Positions 39,081-48,408 of a stretch of 48,449 nucleotides of DNA are shown here, piece by piece; position 1 is the stretch's first letter, and each line of letters starts with the position of its first letter. The position numbers and the translations under genes are program-made. This DNA is from Clostridia bacterium (lineage in GTDB: Bacteria > Bacillota > Clostridia > HGM11514). The DNA is taken from positions 1 to 48,449 of the forward strand of contig JAZNAU010000045.1 in NCBI GenBank assembly GCA_045586685.1, in the 5' to 3' direction. The notes under the pieces are model-generated. The model made no database searches. It was not told the DNA's origin and saw only the letters and a program-made list of their open reading frames with translations.

Positions 39081-41840
39081 TTATTCAAAGAATGCAGGAG
39101 CTGCTACGAAGTTCTTGTATACAACGATATCTCTTACAGTACCTTTGTACTTACGAACTACTACGTAGTCACCAACTTTGATATCAGAGGTAGAACCAAC
39201 TTTAACAGCGGATTCTTCTGTGGTCATGTTGGTATCAACAACAACTACACGAGCTGCACCATAGCTTGCTACGAAGGAAGCATCTTCTTCTTCAATAGCA
39301 GAATCTACAGTAATTACGTTTGTCTTGTTGTTCTTATCAGCTACAAAACCAGCACCCAAGAACAGATATGCATCTTCATTTCTATTGAAGGTGTTATTCC
39401 ATGTCTGGAATTCATCTACCAGATAGTAACCATCTACATAGTCTGCAGCCAGGCAAGGTCTGGGATATACTCTGTCAACGTTAGCGATTGCACCAGCGGA
39501 TTCAGAGTACATGATGATCTGTCCAGGATATGCGCCATAAGCGATTTCTGCAGAAGCACCATACATTTCTCTGAATGCATCACTGATAAAGAAGATGTCA
39601 TCAGAATTGGTGTTCTTAGTAACAACTTTACCTTCCTGAATCATGGTCAGGCTCAGAACAACTTCGTCGTCAACCTTAGTGGTAGAAACACTCTGGATAA
39701 CAGCGATGTTGCTTGCAACATCAACTTTACCGGTTGTGGTGTAAACGATCATACAAGTAACAACATTGTTCTTGTCTAAATCACAAACCTTGAAATTATA
39801 GTTTTGATTGTTCTTCAGGTTGTTATACTTAACAGCCTTCAGATCATCTTCGTCAAAGTCAGCACCCTGAGGCAGAGTGAAGATAACAGTATCACTGTTT
39901 ACAGTGTAGTTACCGATCAGCTTATCAGCATGAGTCAGGTATCCATCGTCCGGTTCGCCATCCAAAATGGTGATTCTGGTGATCTTATTGTTATCGTTTG
40001 TCTTCAGAGCAACGATATATTCATCGGTCAAACCGTTAGCACCATCAATGTTCAGAGCTGCTGCCAAAGCATTTCTTCTGTCAGCAACACCCATGTTGAA
40101 GGATTCACCGTTAACTCTTACAGTTGTAGCCATATCATATTCAGATTTTACTCCATTTGCATCCATGGTGTACAGAGTGATGTCTCTGCCATCTTGGATA
40201 CCGTCATATACGAACTGGAAGTTATCCAGAACTGCAGCGGTGTCAGCAAATGCAATGTCACCATTGAAGTCCATGAAGAATACGCCTTCGTCATCCAGAT
40301 CAAAATCGCTCATAGCCAATACACCGTCGGTTTCATAAGCTACGCCATCGATGTAGATCTTTCTAGCACTCTTCTGAGTTACTGCACCTTCGATAGTTTC
40401 GTTGCAAACAACGATCTTCAAGGAGTCAGCATCAGCTACATAATCATCTCCGCTATCATATACATCAGAGTAGATGGACAGAACGTCGTCTTCAGCCAGA
40501 TCAGCCAGAGCCAGTTCAGTTCCTTCAGCGTTTACGATAGAGAACTTAGGTCTGTTGGTTTCTCTGCTGTTGTCCAGTTCAACTTCTGTTGTATCAACAG
40601 CATCTTCCAGATACAGTTTGTTTTCTTCTGCATCTACTTCAACTACCTGGTAGTTTTTGTAAGTTTCAACAATAACTCTTTCATATACACCGTCTTTAGC
40701 GGAGTCAATCAGAGTGATGGTACCATTGGTAGCATCAGTAATAATATCATAATCCTGATCTTCAGGAGCAACAGACTTGTTGTTGTAAACGATTTCCAGA
40801 TTACCTTCGTCCATCTGCAGAGCAGCTAACTGATAATCGGAAGTTTTGCTGGAGGTTTCTTTATCAAGATAGTATTCCAGCTTGGTTCCATCCATACCAT
40901 AAATGTCAGCAGCATCCAGAGTTACAACGTCGCTCTTAACGCTGGTTCCAACTACAGATACGATGGTATATTCGTCTAACTTCTTGTTGTAGGAAGCATA
41001 CAGAGTAACCTTCTGTCCCAGATACTGATCCAAATTGTTACCGTTAGCAACCATTTCATAAGTATAACCATTGTACTGGATTGCAGCATAACCGTTATCC
41101 TGCAACTTACCAGAAACTACTGCTTTATCAGTAGCATTTACGATAGCTTCAGGGAACTTGTAGTAACCCATTTCAGAAGCCATGGTGCTGTTTGTCAGAG
41201 TCTTAGACAGAACTTCACCATTGTAGTAAGTAACTTCCTGAATGTTGGTATCCAGAGCATTGTACAGCAACAGAGCTACAGTTCCTCTGTCACAACCAAC
41301 AGTAGTGTCAAGCATTTTTTCTTCCAAACCGTCCAGAATGTTCAGTTTGTCTGCGATGGTGATATAGCCTGCAGGCCATCCGCTGTTTTCTTTAGCGTCT
41401 TCTTCATAACCTAAAGCACAAACAATCATCTTTACAGCAGCTTCAAAGCTTACCTGATCGTCGGGACCGAAAGTACCGTCGCCGTAACCAACAACAATCT
41501 TTTTGCTGTTAGCAATTTTGATTGCTCCGGAACCCCAGAAATCTTTGGGAACGTCGGTGAAATCAGTGTCAGCTTTTGTTGTAGCAGCTAAACCTAACTC
41601 TCTGATAATAAATGCAGCCATTTCTGCTCTGGTTACAATCTGTTCAGGCTTGAATACAACAGAGTCGCCTTCTTCATAACCAGCAATAACTCCCATAGGA
41701 GCCAGGGTCATAACAGCTTCCTCATAAACAGTTCCGATAACATCTTCGAAATTTGCTGCGGAAGCGGTCATTACGGTAAACATGCTAACTACCATAGACA
41801 GCACGATTACCAATGCCATTACTTTTTTGAGATTTTTCAT
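39081..41840 (-). CDS. SLH-domain protein, probable major S-layer protein
   Basis: Signal peptide MKNLKKVMALV; SLH motifs (FKPEQIVTRAEMA, FTDV...W, GYGDGTFGPD); acidic beta-rich body; strong AAC/TAC/ATC codon bias. Confidence 0.9.
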   Translation of the reverse strand: MKNLKKVMALVIVLSMVVSMFTVMTASAANFEDVIGTVYEEAVMTLAPMGVIAGYEEGDSVVFKPEQIVTRAEMAAFIIRELGLAATTKADTDFTDVPKDFWGSGAIKIANSKKIVVGYGDGTFGPDDQVSFEAAVKMIVCALGYEEDAKENSGWPAGYITIADKLNILDGLEEKMLDTTVGCDRGTVALLLYNALDTNIQEVTYYNGEVLSKTLTNSTMASEMGYYKFPEAIVNATDKAVVSGKLQDNGYAAIQYNGYTYEMVANGNNLDQYLGQKVTLYASYNKKLDEYTIVSVVGTSVKSDVVTLDAADIYGMDGTKLEYYLDKETSSKTSDYQLAALQMDEGNLEIVYNNKSVAPEDQDYDIITDATNGTITLIDSAKDGVYERVIVETYKNYQVVEVDAEENKLYLEDAVDTTEVELDNSRETNRPKFSIVNAEGTELALADLAEDDVLSIYSDVYDSGDDYVADADSLKIVVCNETIEGAVTQKSARKIYIDGVAYETDGVLAMSDFDLDDEGVFFMDFNGDIAFADTAAVLDNFQFVYDGIQDGRDITLYTMDANGVKSEYDMATTVRVNGESFNMGVADRRNALAAALNIDGANGLTDEYIVALKTNDNNKITRITILDGEPDDGYLTHADKLIGNYTVNSDTVIFTLPQGADFDEDDLKAVKYNNLKNNQNYNFKVCDLDKNNVVTCMIVYTTTGKVDVASNIAVIQSVSTTKVDDEVVLSLTMIQEGKVVTKNTNSDDIFFISDAFREMYGASAEIAYGAYPGQIIMYSESAGAIANVDRVYPRPCLAADYVDGYYLVDEFQTWNNTFNRNEDAYLFLGAGFVADKNNKTNVITVDSAIEEEDASFVASYGAARVVVVDTNMTTEESAVKVGSTSDIKVGDYVVVRKYKGTVRDIVVYKNFVAAPAFFE

Positions 41841-42006
41841 ACCTCAAATCCTCCCTTGTTCTTAAATTGGTTTTTGGAAGAGTTTCTGTTTGCCAAAGCC
41901 GAAAGACAGCTCTTCCTCTCTCCGCCTTCCGACTGCCTTTTTGCAACAATATGTACGCCAATACAGGTTGTTGCAGATCTTGCCTCTTACACCATCGTCT
42001 GAAACG

Positions 42007-42035
42007 ATTATACCATTGCTTTTGGTCAAAGTCAA
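42007..42035 (-). promoter_or_regulatory. S-layer promoter P1
   Basis: TTGACT-17-TATAAT with extended TG. Confidence 0.75.
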
Positions 42036-42049
42036 TGGTATTTTTCACT

Positions 42050-42066
42050 TGTAACAAAACTGTAAA
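42050..42066 (+). promoter_or_regulatory. WalR/OmpR-type direct repeat box
   Basis: TGTAAC-AAAAC-TGTAAA matches TGTWAH-N5-TGTWAH. Confidence 0.55.
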
Positions 42067-42158
42067 CAAATAGCGCTACAGCTGTCACAAACGAAAAACC
42101 GCTGTAAAATAGCATTTTGTCAAAGAAAAAATACACTTTTCCACTTTGACATACTCTC

Positions 42159-42187
42159 ATTATAACACTAATTTTTTAATCTTGCAA
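42159..42187 (-). promoter_or_regulatory. S-layer promoter P2
   Basis: TTGCAA-17-TATAAT with extended TG. Confidence 0.7.
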
Positions 42188-42301
42188 GCTTTTTTTAAAA
42201 ATTTTTCTCAAATTTTTCAAAAAATCGAAAAATTTCTTTACCTTTTTCCTATCTTATGGTATAATAGGAGTAACGTGTGATATTTTAAGGAGGTTTTTGA
42301 T

Positions 42302-42601
42302 TTGGCTGAAAAGAAAAAGAAGCAGGAATTTCTGTTGTATCACGGAAAACCCCTGATCAGAAACGGAAAAATTTTATATTACGGAAATCCGGAGGATAAA
42401 TACATCATTATGATGACGGTGAATCGGACAGAGGATATGAACGATTTACAGGTAGCAACAGATGTTACCGTCTCCCTTCAGACAAATTTCGGCAATGGCA
42501 AGGAAAAGGTTTTGAAAAAAGTGGACCGTGAAGGCTTGTACCGAGCACTGGATTTGGCTGAGGTATGGCTGGAAAACGCTTTAGAGGATGACCCGTCGTA
42601 A
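42302..42601 (+). CDS. Hypothetical protein
   Basis: TTG start with AAGGAGG SD and TTTACC-17-TATAAT promoter; stop overlaps the comEC start. Confidence 0.8.
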   Translation: MAEKKKKQEFLLYHGKPLIRNGKILYYGNPEDKYIIMMTVNRTEDMNDLQVATDVTVSLQTNFGNGKEKVLKKVDREGLYRALDLAEVWLENALEDDPS

Positions 42602-44703
42602 TGAAACGGCCAATCATCTGGTTCTGCCTGTCCTTTATGGCAGGAATTTATTGTTATGCCCACGCCGCAAAGCAAATGATGTTTTGCGGCGTTTTATTTT
42701 TTCTTCTTTGCTTGGGATTATCCTTTTGGAAAAAGTCTTTTGCATATCTGGCAATGATTCTCTTTTTTGGATTGGGAGCAACTGGTCTTTATGCACAGCA
42801 GGCAATGACCCTTGACCGCCCTACAAGACTGCATCAAACCGTAGGTTCTTTTGAAGGGGTTATCAGCGATGTTCCAGACGAAGGCAGTAACGGACTGTAT
42901 TCTTATCAGATTTCACTTACCTCATTAAACGGCGAAAAGAGCTTTTTAAAGCTATGGCTGACCACCAAAGAACAATTTTCTGCAGGAACGGTACTATCTG
43001 CCACAGGAACCTTGTCTTCTTCAAAAATGATGAAACAGGAAAAGAACGGATTCGGAGCATATTTGGTCAATCAGGGCTATTCTCTTTACTGTGCTGATCC
43101 AAAACTATCAACACTGCCCCTTTCCCCATGGAACAAACTCCGCTATGCGCCTCTTCGTCTGCGGGAACATATGATTGCTTTACTAAACCAACACCTTCAT
43201 TCTTCTTGGAAGGGTGTTCTGATTGCCATTGCCACGGGAGATCGTGCCAGTCTGACCTCGGTTCATCAATCCATGTTTCGCAAAACCGGCACTTCTCATA
43301 TTCTTTCGGTATCAGGCCTTCATGTATCTATTTTATTGCTTTTCTTTTTAACCTTACTGAAGCTTTTTCGAGTGCCTTATCCTTTCAATCGCTGGCTTTG
43401 CTTACCGTTGCCCCTCTTTCTGGCTCTCTTTATGGGCGGTCAGGCACCGGTCCTTCGGGCATGTATTATGGGGTTTTTATTTTTACTTGCCGATTGCTTG
43501 TGGACGGAATCAGATTCAGTAAATTCCTTATTTATTGCGGCTTTTGTTATTTTGTTCTTTCGACCCGATCAGCTGTTTGGTGCAAGCTTTTTACTTTCCT
43601 TTTCCTCAACCTTGGGAATTGTAACATTTCTTCCCATAATCCAAAGAATAACCGTGAAGTTTTTCCCTCGATCAGAATTTATCGATCTAATATGTGTATC
43701 AGTTTCTTCCTATTTAACATCCTTGATGGTATTGCTCTATTTTTACCATCAGTTACCCACTGTGGCTCTTCTGGCAAATATCGTTGTGATTCCATTGTTT
43801 CCGATTTTACTTGCAAGTGTATTTGTGTTTGCGGGGGTCGCTGTTTTGTTTCCATCCTTGGCACATTTGGAATCAACTTTATTGGAGGGAATGACAGAGC
43901 TTTTGTTTGGTCCGTTGGAGTTGCTGGCAAAAATTCCTTCTTTTGAGCTTGCGGTTCCGAACAGATTTTTCATTGCTGCCTATTGCTTTTTGCTTGTGTT
44001 TTGTTATTTTCTGACCTTGAGAAGGAAAAATTTTCTTTTGTTATTTTGTCTGGTCTTTTGTCTGACAGCAGGAAGCATTCAGCAATACCGATTTTCCAAG
44101 TACGATTCCCTGACGGTTATCAGTGCAGGGTGCATCCGTAATATACTGATTAAAACAGAGGAAGGAAACACCTTGCTCCTTGCCGGCGTTTCTGACAACA
44201 ATACCTCATATTTTTACGATTATCAGGATTTTTTAAATTATTTTAAGAAAAATAACATCAGAACTATTGATGTTTTTTACTTTTTAAATTATAATAAGAA
44301 TACAGTGGCATTGTTCCGTGATTTGGGAACTGACCGGACTATTAAGCAATATCTGTTAAAACCGGATCAGAATTTATCCTCGTATATCCAAAAAATTGCG
44401 GACAAAAACAAAGTGAAAATGACCAATTTTACTCAACCCTTTGTTCTTTCTTTAGGGACAGACAATCACTGTGAGCTTTATCCGGACGGAACCGTGCGCT
44501 GGTATCACAACAAAAACTTTACTGCAGAAATCAGTAAAACCTCAGGCAGTTCGGCACAGATTTACGGTCGACCGGAAACAGGAAAGCTTACTGTTTTCGG
44601 AAAAACATATTCCGAACAAGAACAAGGTACCTTTTCTTTCCTTATTAAAGAAGGGAAAGTCAGATTATTGCTTGAATCCACATTCGAAAAGGGGGAATTA
44701 TAA
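42601..44703 (+). CDS. comEC: ComEC/Rec2 competence protein
   Basis: GDR, TGTSHILSVSGLHV, PVLRACIM, SFLLSF; directly upstream of holA. Confidence 0.9.
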   Translation: MKRPIIWFCLSFMAGIYCYAHAAKQMMFCGVLFFLLCLGLSFWKKSFAYLAMILFFGLGATGLYAQQAMTLDRPTRLHQTVGSFEGVISDVPDEGSNGLYSYQISLTSLNGEKSFLKLWLTTKEQFSAGTVLSATGTLSSSKMMKQEKNGFGAYLVNQGYSLYCADPKLSTLPLSPWNKLRYAPLRLREHMIALLNQHLHSSWKGVLIAIATGDRASLTSVHQSMFRKTGTSHILSVSGLHVSILLLFFLTLLKLFRVPYPFNRWLCLPLPLFLALFMGGQAPVLRACIMGFLFLLADCLWTESDSVNSLFIAAFVILFFRPDQLFGASFLLSFSSTLGIVTFLPIIQRITVKFFPRSEFIDLICVSVSSYLTSLMVLLYFYHQLPTVALLANIVVIPLFPILLASVFVFAGVAVLFPSLAHLESTLLEGMTELLFGPLELLAKIPSFELAVPNRFFIAAYCFLLVFCYFLTLRRKNFLLLFCLVFCLTAGSIQQYRFSKYDSLTVISAGCIRNILIKTEEGNTLLLAGVSDNNTSYFYDYQDFLNYFKKNNIRTIDVFYFLNYNKNTVALFRDLGTDRTIKQYLLKPDQNLSSYIQKIADKNKVKMTNFTQPFVLSLGTDNHCELYPDGTVRWYHNKNFTAEISKTSGSSAQIYGRPETGKLTVFGKTYSEQEQGTFSFLIKEGKVRLLLESTFEKGEL

Positions 44704-45692
44704 TGAAACCGGAAGAATTAAAACGGGAACTGAGCCAAGGCTTGAGCCATCAGGTTTATTTACTGTACGGAGATGAGCCATATCTGATACAACAATACTG
44801 CAAACAGTTCCTCAAGCTAATCGTTCCGGACGAATCCTTTAGGGATTTTAATTTATACCGCGCTGATAAAATTGATGCGGAACGAATTGAACAATTCTTA
44901 CAAACACCCCCCGTTTTTTCGGAAAAGAAACTATTACTATTAAAAGATACAGAGGTATTTAAAAAACCAAAGGTCTCTGATAAGGACTTTCTGTTAAAGA
45001 TTCTGCAGGATGTGCCGGACTATTCTTACATTGTATTTGCAGAACAAAGTGTGGACAAAAAACAAAAAAAATTACTGGAGCTGACAGAAGAGGTAGAATG
45101 TAATCAAATGACGGAAGATCAGCTGAAAGCATGGATTACTCTTTTGGTACAACGGCAAAAAAAGAAAATCACGGTGAAAACCATAGAATACCTCATGTCC
45201 CGTTGCGGAACCGGTATGTTTTATCTGGAACAGGAAATCAACAAGCTATGCAGTTGTGCAAATGAAGATGTGATTACAACCGAGGAAATTGATCAGCTCA
45301 CAACTCGATCGGCAGAAAACCGAATTTATAGTCTGAGCAATGCCATATTGGAAAAACAAAATAAGGTTGCGTTTTCCATTCTCGCAGACTTAAAGGTTGT
45401 TTTGGACGAAAACACCGGTAAGCCTTTGGAAATCAGGCGTATTATTAACACCATTTCCCAGAACTTCTGCCTCCTTTACAAGATAAAAAAATGCCCAAAT
45501 CCTACGGCAACGGCACTGGGGCTTTCTCCATACAGATTAAAAACCAACATTGCCATTGCAAGAAAAATTTCAGAGGAACGGCTCTCGACCTTGATTTCTT
45601 TGGTATCTGATTGCGATTATTCATTAAAATCTTCTACCATAAAGGAATGGACATTATTAGAGGTGTGCATTGCCGCCTGTCTGGAAGCATAA
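44703..45692 (+). CDS. holA: DNA polymerase III subunit delta
   Basis: VYLLYGDEPYLI, PPVFSEKKL, EINKL, D..LKS; comEC-holA synteny. Confidence 0.92.
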   Translation: MKPEELKRELSQGLSHQVYLLYGDEPYLIQQYCKQFLKLIVPDESFRDFNLYRADKIDAERIEQFLQTPPVFSEKKLLLLKDTEVFKKPKVSDKDFLLKILQDVPDYSYIVFAEQSVDKKQKKLLELTEEVECNQMTEDQLKAWITLLVQRQKKKITVKTIEYLMSRCGTGMFYLEQEINKLCSCANEDVITTEEIDQLTTRSAENRIYSLSNAILEKQNKVAFSILADLKVVLDENTGKPLEIRRIINTISQNFCLLYKIKKCPNPTATALGLSPYRLKTNIAIARKISEERLSTLISLVSDCDYSLKSSTIKEWTLLEVCIAACLEA

Positions 45693-45726
45693 TTCTGAAT
45701 ATTGTAAAAAAAGCCGATTTGCTTAT

Positions 45727-45983
45727 GGTTCGACTCCGTTTTATTGAAAAAGGAACTCTCAAAAGAGAGTTCCTTTTTGGTGCCGCTGGCCGGAACAGCC
45801 GCTTCGCGTCTTGCCTGCTTGACGACCGTTCCGCTCCGCTCACGGTGCCCGTCTACGCACCTTGTTCACTAAAAACGATTTTTAATCGTTTTCTTTACGC
45901 TCCAAGCCGTCTCACGGTTCGACTCCGTTTTATTAAAAAAGGAACTCTCAAAAGAGAGTTCCTTTTTGGTGCCGCTGGCCGGA
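45727..45983. repeat. 68-bp direct repeat (tRNA 3' end + terminator + inverted T-arm) with 189-bp period
   Basis: 45727-45794 and 45916-45983 differ at one base. Confidence 0.9.
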
Positions 45984-46053
45984 GTCGAACCGGCACGGTA
46001 TCGCTACCGGCGGATTTTGAGTCCGCTACGTCTGCCAATTCCATCACAGCGGC
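45967..46053 (-). tRNA. tRNA-Leu(CAA), 87 nt
   Basis: GCCGCTG acceptor, D-loop TGGCAGAC, anticodon arm GCGGA-CTCAAAA-TCCGC, long variable arm, GGTTCGACTCC, encoded CCA; TTGACA-17-TATAAT promoter at 46101-46073. Confidence 0.97.
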
Positions 46054-46153
46054 ATATTTATGTTACTAGGCTATTATAATACAAATTTGTTAAAATGTCA
46101 AGTGCTTTTTTTAATTTTTGTAATTTTCTGTTTTTTTATGAACGAAGTGAAAA

Positions 46154-46184
46154 GGGGTTGTAGCAAAAATTTTGCTACAACCCC
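46154..46184 (-). terminator. Hairpin downstream of the 446-aa gene
   Basis: GGGGTTGTAGCAAAA-A-TTTTGCTACAACCCC. Confidence 0.7.
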
Positions 46185-46232
46185 ACATTACCGCACTGCC
46201 GATTGCCATAATGTCATGTTTCAGTGACTTTA

Positions 46233-47573
46233 TTATTCTACTTCAACCTTTTCCACAGTTCCATATCCGTTCCCGCCAAGTCTGGGATTATCGGGATTGG
46301 GTTTCTGGCGAGTTTCTTTTACCAGTTTTTTGGGATCCGTTTCTTTTTGTCCTTGGAATGTAATGTTTTTCAAATGAATATCTTTGACGGTACAAACCGC
46401 ATTTGCATCAAACAAATCACCCCAATCCTTGGGATCTTCAGTAATTTTATAGGGAGCAGAAATGGGGCCTACGTTAACCAGGCTAATATTTTTAGATGCC
46501 AAGTCCTCACAGCTCTGGCTTACGGAAATATCTTCAAAATGAATGTTTTCACAATCTGCCAGAATATCAAACAAGCCATACACAGGAATGTCGTTAAATC
46601 CGCTTTCACGTAAGCAAGGGAAGGAAATATTCTTAAAATAAATATTACTCATTTCTCCTACGTTTAAGGCAGAATCAAAGTCATTGCCACGTCTTACATT
46701 GGCACAGTTGGGCTGATAATACATTTTGTGGGTATAAATTCCGCTGACATTTTCAATAACGCAATCACGAACGGCACAATCATGGGTGGTCTTGTTAGGA
46801 TATTCCTTTCTGCCGGTGAGAAGGCGAAGCTCGTTGTTGTCCCCTTCTACATTTTCCACCAAAATTCGTTCTATATCTCCATGAGTCACACCGGATCTGT
46901 ACCAATCCCATGCAAGAATAGCAACCATGTCATCGCCTAAATTTTTTCCTTTCAGGTTACTGATGATTCCATATTTGGAAGGACCGTTAATATGTACCCC
47001 GTCTTTTTTATGATTGTAAAATTCAATATGATTTACATAAAAATCATAAGCATTGGTTATTTGTATTGCATAAGAAACACAACCGCCGGCGAAGGTAACG
47101 TCTGTAATATTCAGATGCTTTACGTTAGAAAACATAAAATGAGCAAACCCGCCAATACTGCTTTTGAATTTATCAACACACAGCAGACTGTTTTGTTCAG
47201 AAGACCAGATGCCTCCCTGTACAGTAATATACTCGTCCGGATTGTGTTGCTCCACATAACCAAAATTTCCGGGAATAATATGACGGTTTCTTATCATGCA
47301 GACATTGACACTGGGGCAAAGCTTCATTTCCTGATTTTCAGCAATTTTCAGATTGCAACCGCTATCCATAAAAATAGAATCATTTAAGAAAATAGGTTCT
47401 CCCATATAAGGAATAGACACGTTTTTCTTTTCATCCAAAGCAGCCTGAATGGCTTTGGTCCACACATTTCCTTCTGCCAGATGCTTGTATTCCGTTACAT
47501 CTGTATATACCAAGGATGAGGTGTCAATGATTGTAACGGTGTTTCTGATGTCTTGCTTGATTTGTTCTCTCAT
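46233..47573 (-). CDS. Hypothetical right-handed beta-helix protein (pectin-lyase-like, possible glycan-acting enzyme)
   Basis: TKAIQAALD start motif; DGVHINGP and GDDMVAIL resemble GH28-like NxD/DD motifs; repeated ENV/KNI/EDI coils; no signal peptide. Confidence 0.6.
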   Translation of the reverse strand: MREQIKQDIRNTVTIIDTSSLVYTDVTEYKHLAEGNVWTKAIQAALDEKKNVSIPYMGEPIFLNDSIFMDSGCNLKIAENQEMKLCPSVNVCMIRNRHIIPGNFGYVEQHNPDEYITVQGGIWSSEQNSLLCVDKFKSSIGGFAHFMFSNVKHLNITDVTFAGGCVSYAIQITNAYDFYVNHIEFYNHKKDGVHINGPSKYGIISNLKGKNLGDDMVAILAWDWYRSGVTHGDIERILVENVEGDNNELRLLTGRKEYPNKTTHDCAVRDCVIENVSGIYTHKMYYQPNCANVRRGNDFDSALNVGEMSNIYFKNISFPCLRESGFNDIPVYGLFDILADCENIHFEDISVSQSCEDLASKNISLVNVGPISAPYKITEDPKDWGDLFDANAVCTVKDIHLKNITFQGQKETDPKKLVKETRQKPNPDNPRLGGNGYGTVEKVEVE

Positions 47574-47701
47574 TGTTGTACTTCCTTTCTATTAGTAAAG
47601 ATTCTATTTAAATTTTCCCCAAGGAAAATATAAACCGTTATCAATTCTTCTTTTGCCCATAGATTGCTTGTTTTTTGTTCTGTGGGTTAAATATTATTTC
47701 A

Positions 47702-47715
47702 CTTGTCGGGACAAG
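47702..47715. promoter_or_regulatory. GntR/AraR-type operator palindrome
   Basis: CTTGTC-GG-GACAAG over the predicted start site of a minus-strand TTGACA-17-TATAAT promoter (47748-47720). Confidence 0.6.
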
Positions 47716-47801
47716 GTAAATTATATCAAAAGAACAGCATGTTGTCAATCTTTTCTTGCTTTTTTAATGAAAATAAAGTATAATAACAGTAGGTGATAAA
47801 A

Positions 47802-48144
47802 ATGATAGACAGAAGCAATTCCCGCTCTCTGTATCTGCAATTAGCTGATTTTTTAAGAAAACAGATACAATCCGGACAAATCAAGCCCGGCGACAAGCTG
47901 GACAGCGAACCGGAAATGGTGAAAAAATACGGCGTTGCAAGACATTTCGGTCATCATCGTGGATAATACCATGATTTCCACCTTCTTTTATCACCTGACC
48001 TCCGTAGCACATCCGAAGGAAATGATTAGAGAATTTGCCGCAAAAGCCTTAATGGAAGAACTATTGCCGGTAAAAAAAGTGTTTATACCAATTTTAAAAG
48101 AGCGAGGCTCTGTAAAAAATAAAAGAAAGGAAGAGGAAAGATGA
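47802..48144 (+). pseudogene. AraR-like regulator (GntR HTH + LacI-type sensor) with large internal deletion
   Basis: 47802-47966 encodes MIDRSNSRSLYLQLADFLRKQIQSGQIKPGDKLDSEPEMVKKYGVAR then goes out of frame; another frame continues QDISVIIVDN...LTSVAHPKE...KERGSV (LacI C-terminus). Confidence 0.8.
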
Positions 48145-48407
48145 TACGTCATGTTATTATGTGGAAACTAAAAGAAGGAACAGATGCGGAAGTTATAAAA
48201 AAAGAGCTGGAAGGGTTAAACGGACAAATCCCTGGGTTGCTGTCTTTGGAAGTGGGGATTGAGGAAGATGATGCAGTTTTGATTTCTGACCATGAATCTT
48301 GGGAAGCGCTGGAAACTTACGCAAAGCACCCCCTTCATGTAGCAGCGGCGAATACGTTTGTTCGACCCTATATTGTATCCCGGCAAGCAGTGAATTACAA
48401 ACGGTAA
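48141..48407 (+). CDS. Dabb family (stress-responsive A/B barrel) protein
   Basis: MIRHVIMWKLK, IPGL, Y..HP.H. Confidence 0.9.
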   Translation: MIRHVIMWKLKEGTDAEVIKKELEGLNGQIPGLLSLEVGIEEDDAVLISDHESWEALETYAKHPLHVAAANTFVRPYIVSRQAVNYKR

Positions 48408-48408
48408 A

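Noticed and set aside
39045-40829. Long plus-strand ORFs of 244 and 341 aa
   Set aside because: Antisense shadows of the codon-biased S-layer gene, without SD or recognisable motifs.
43128-43946. 272-aa alternative-frame ORF inside comEC
   Set aside because: Fully overlaps the conserved ComEC core; Ser/Cys/Phe-rich composition typical of an off-frame read.
45727-46053. Prophage or ICE integrated at tRNA-Leu
   Set aside because: Only 121 bp lie between the repeats, with no integrase or cargo genes.
45611-46069. 152-aa ORF with an internal repeat
   Set aside because: It is the translation of the 68-bp DNA repeat and the antisense tRNA.
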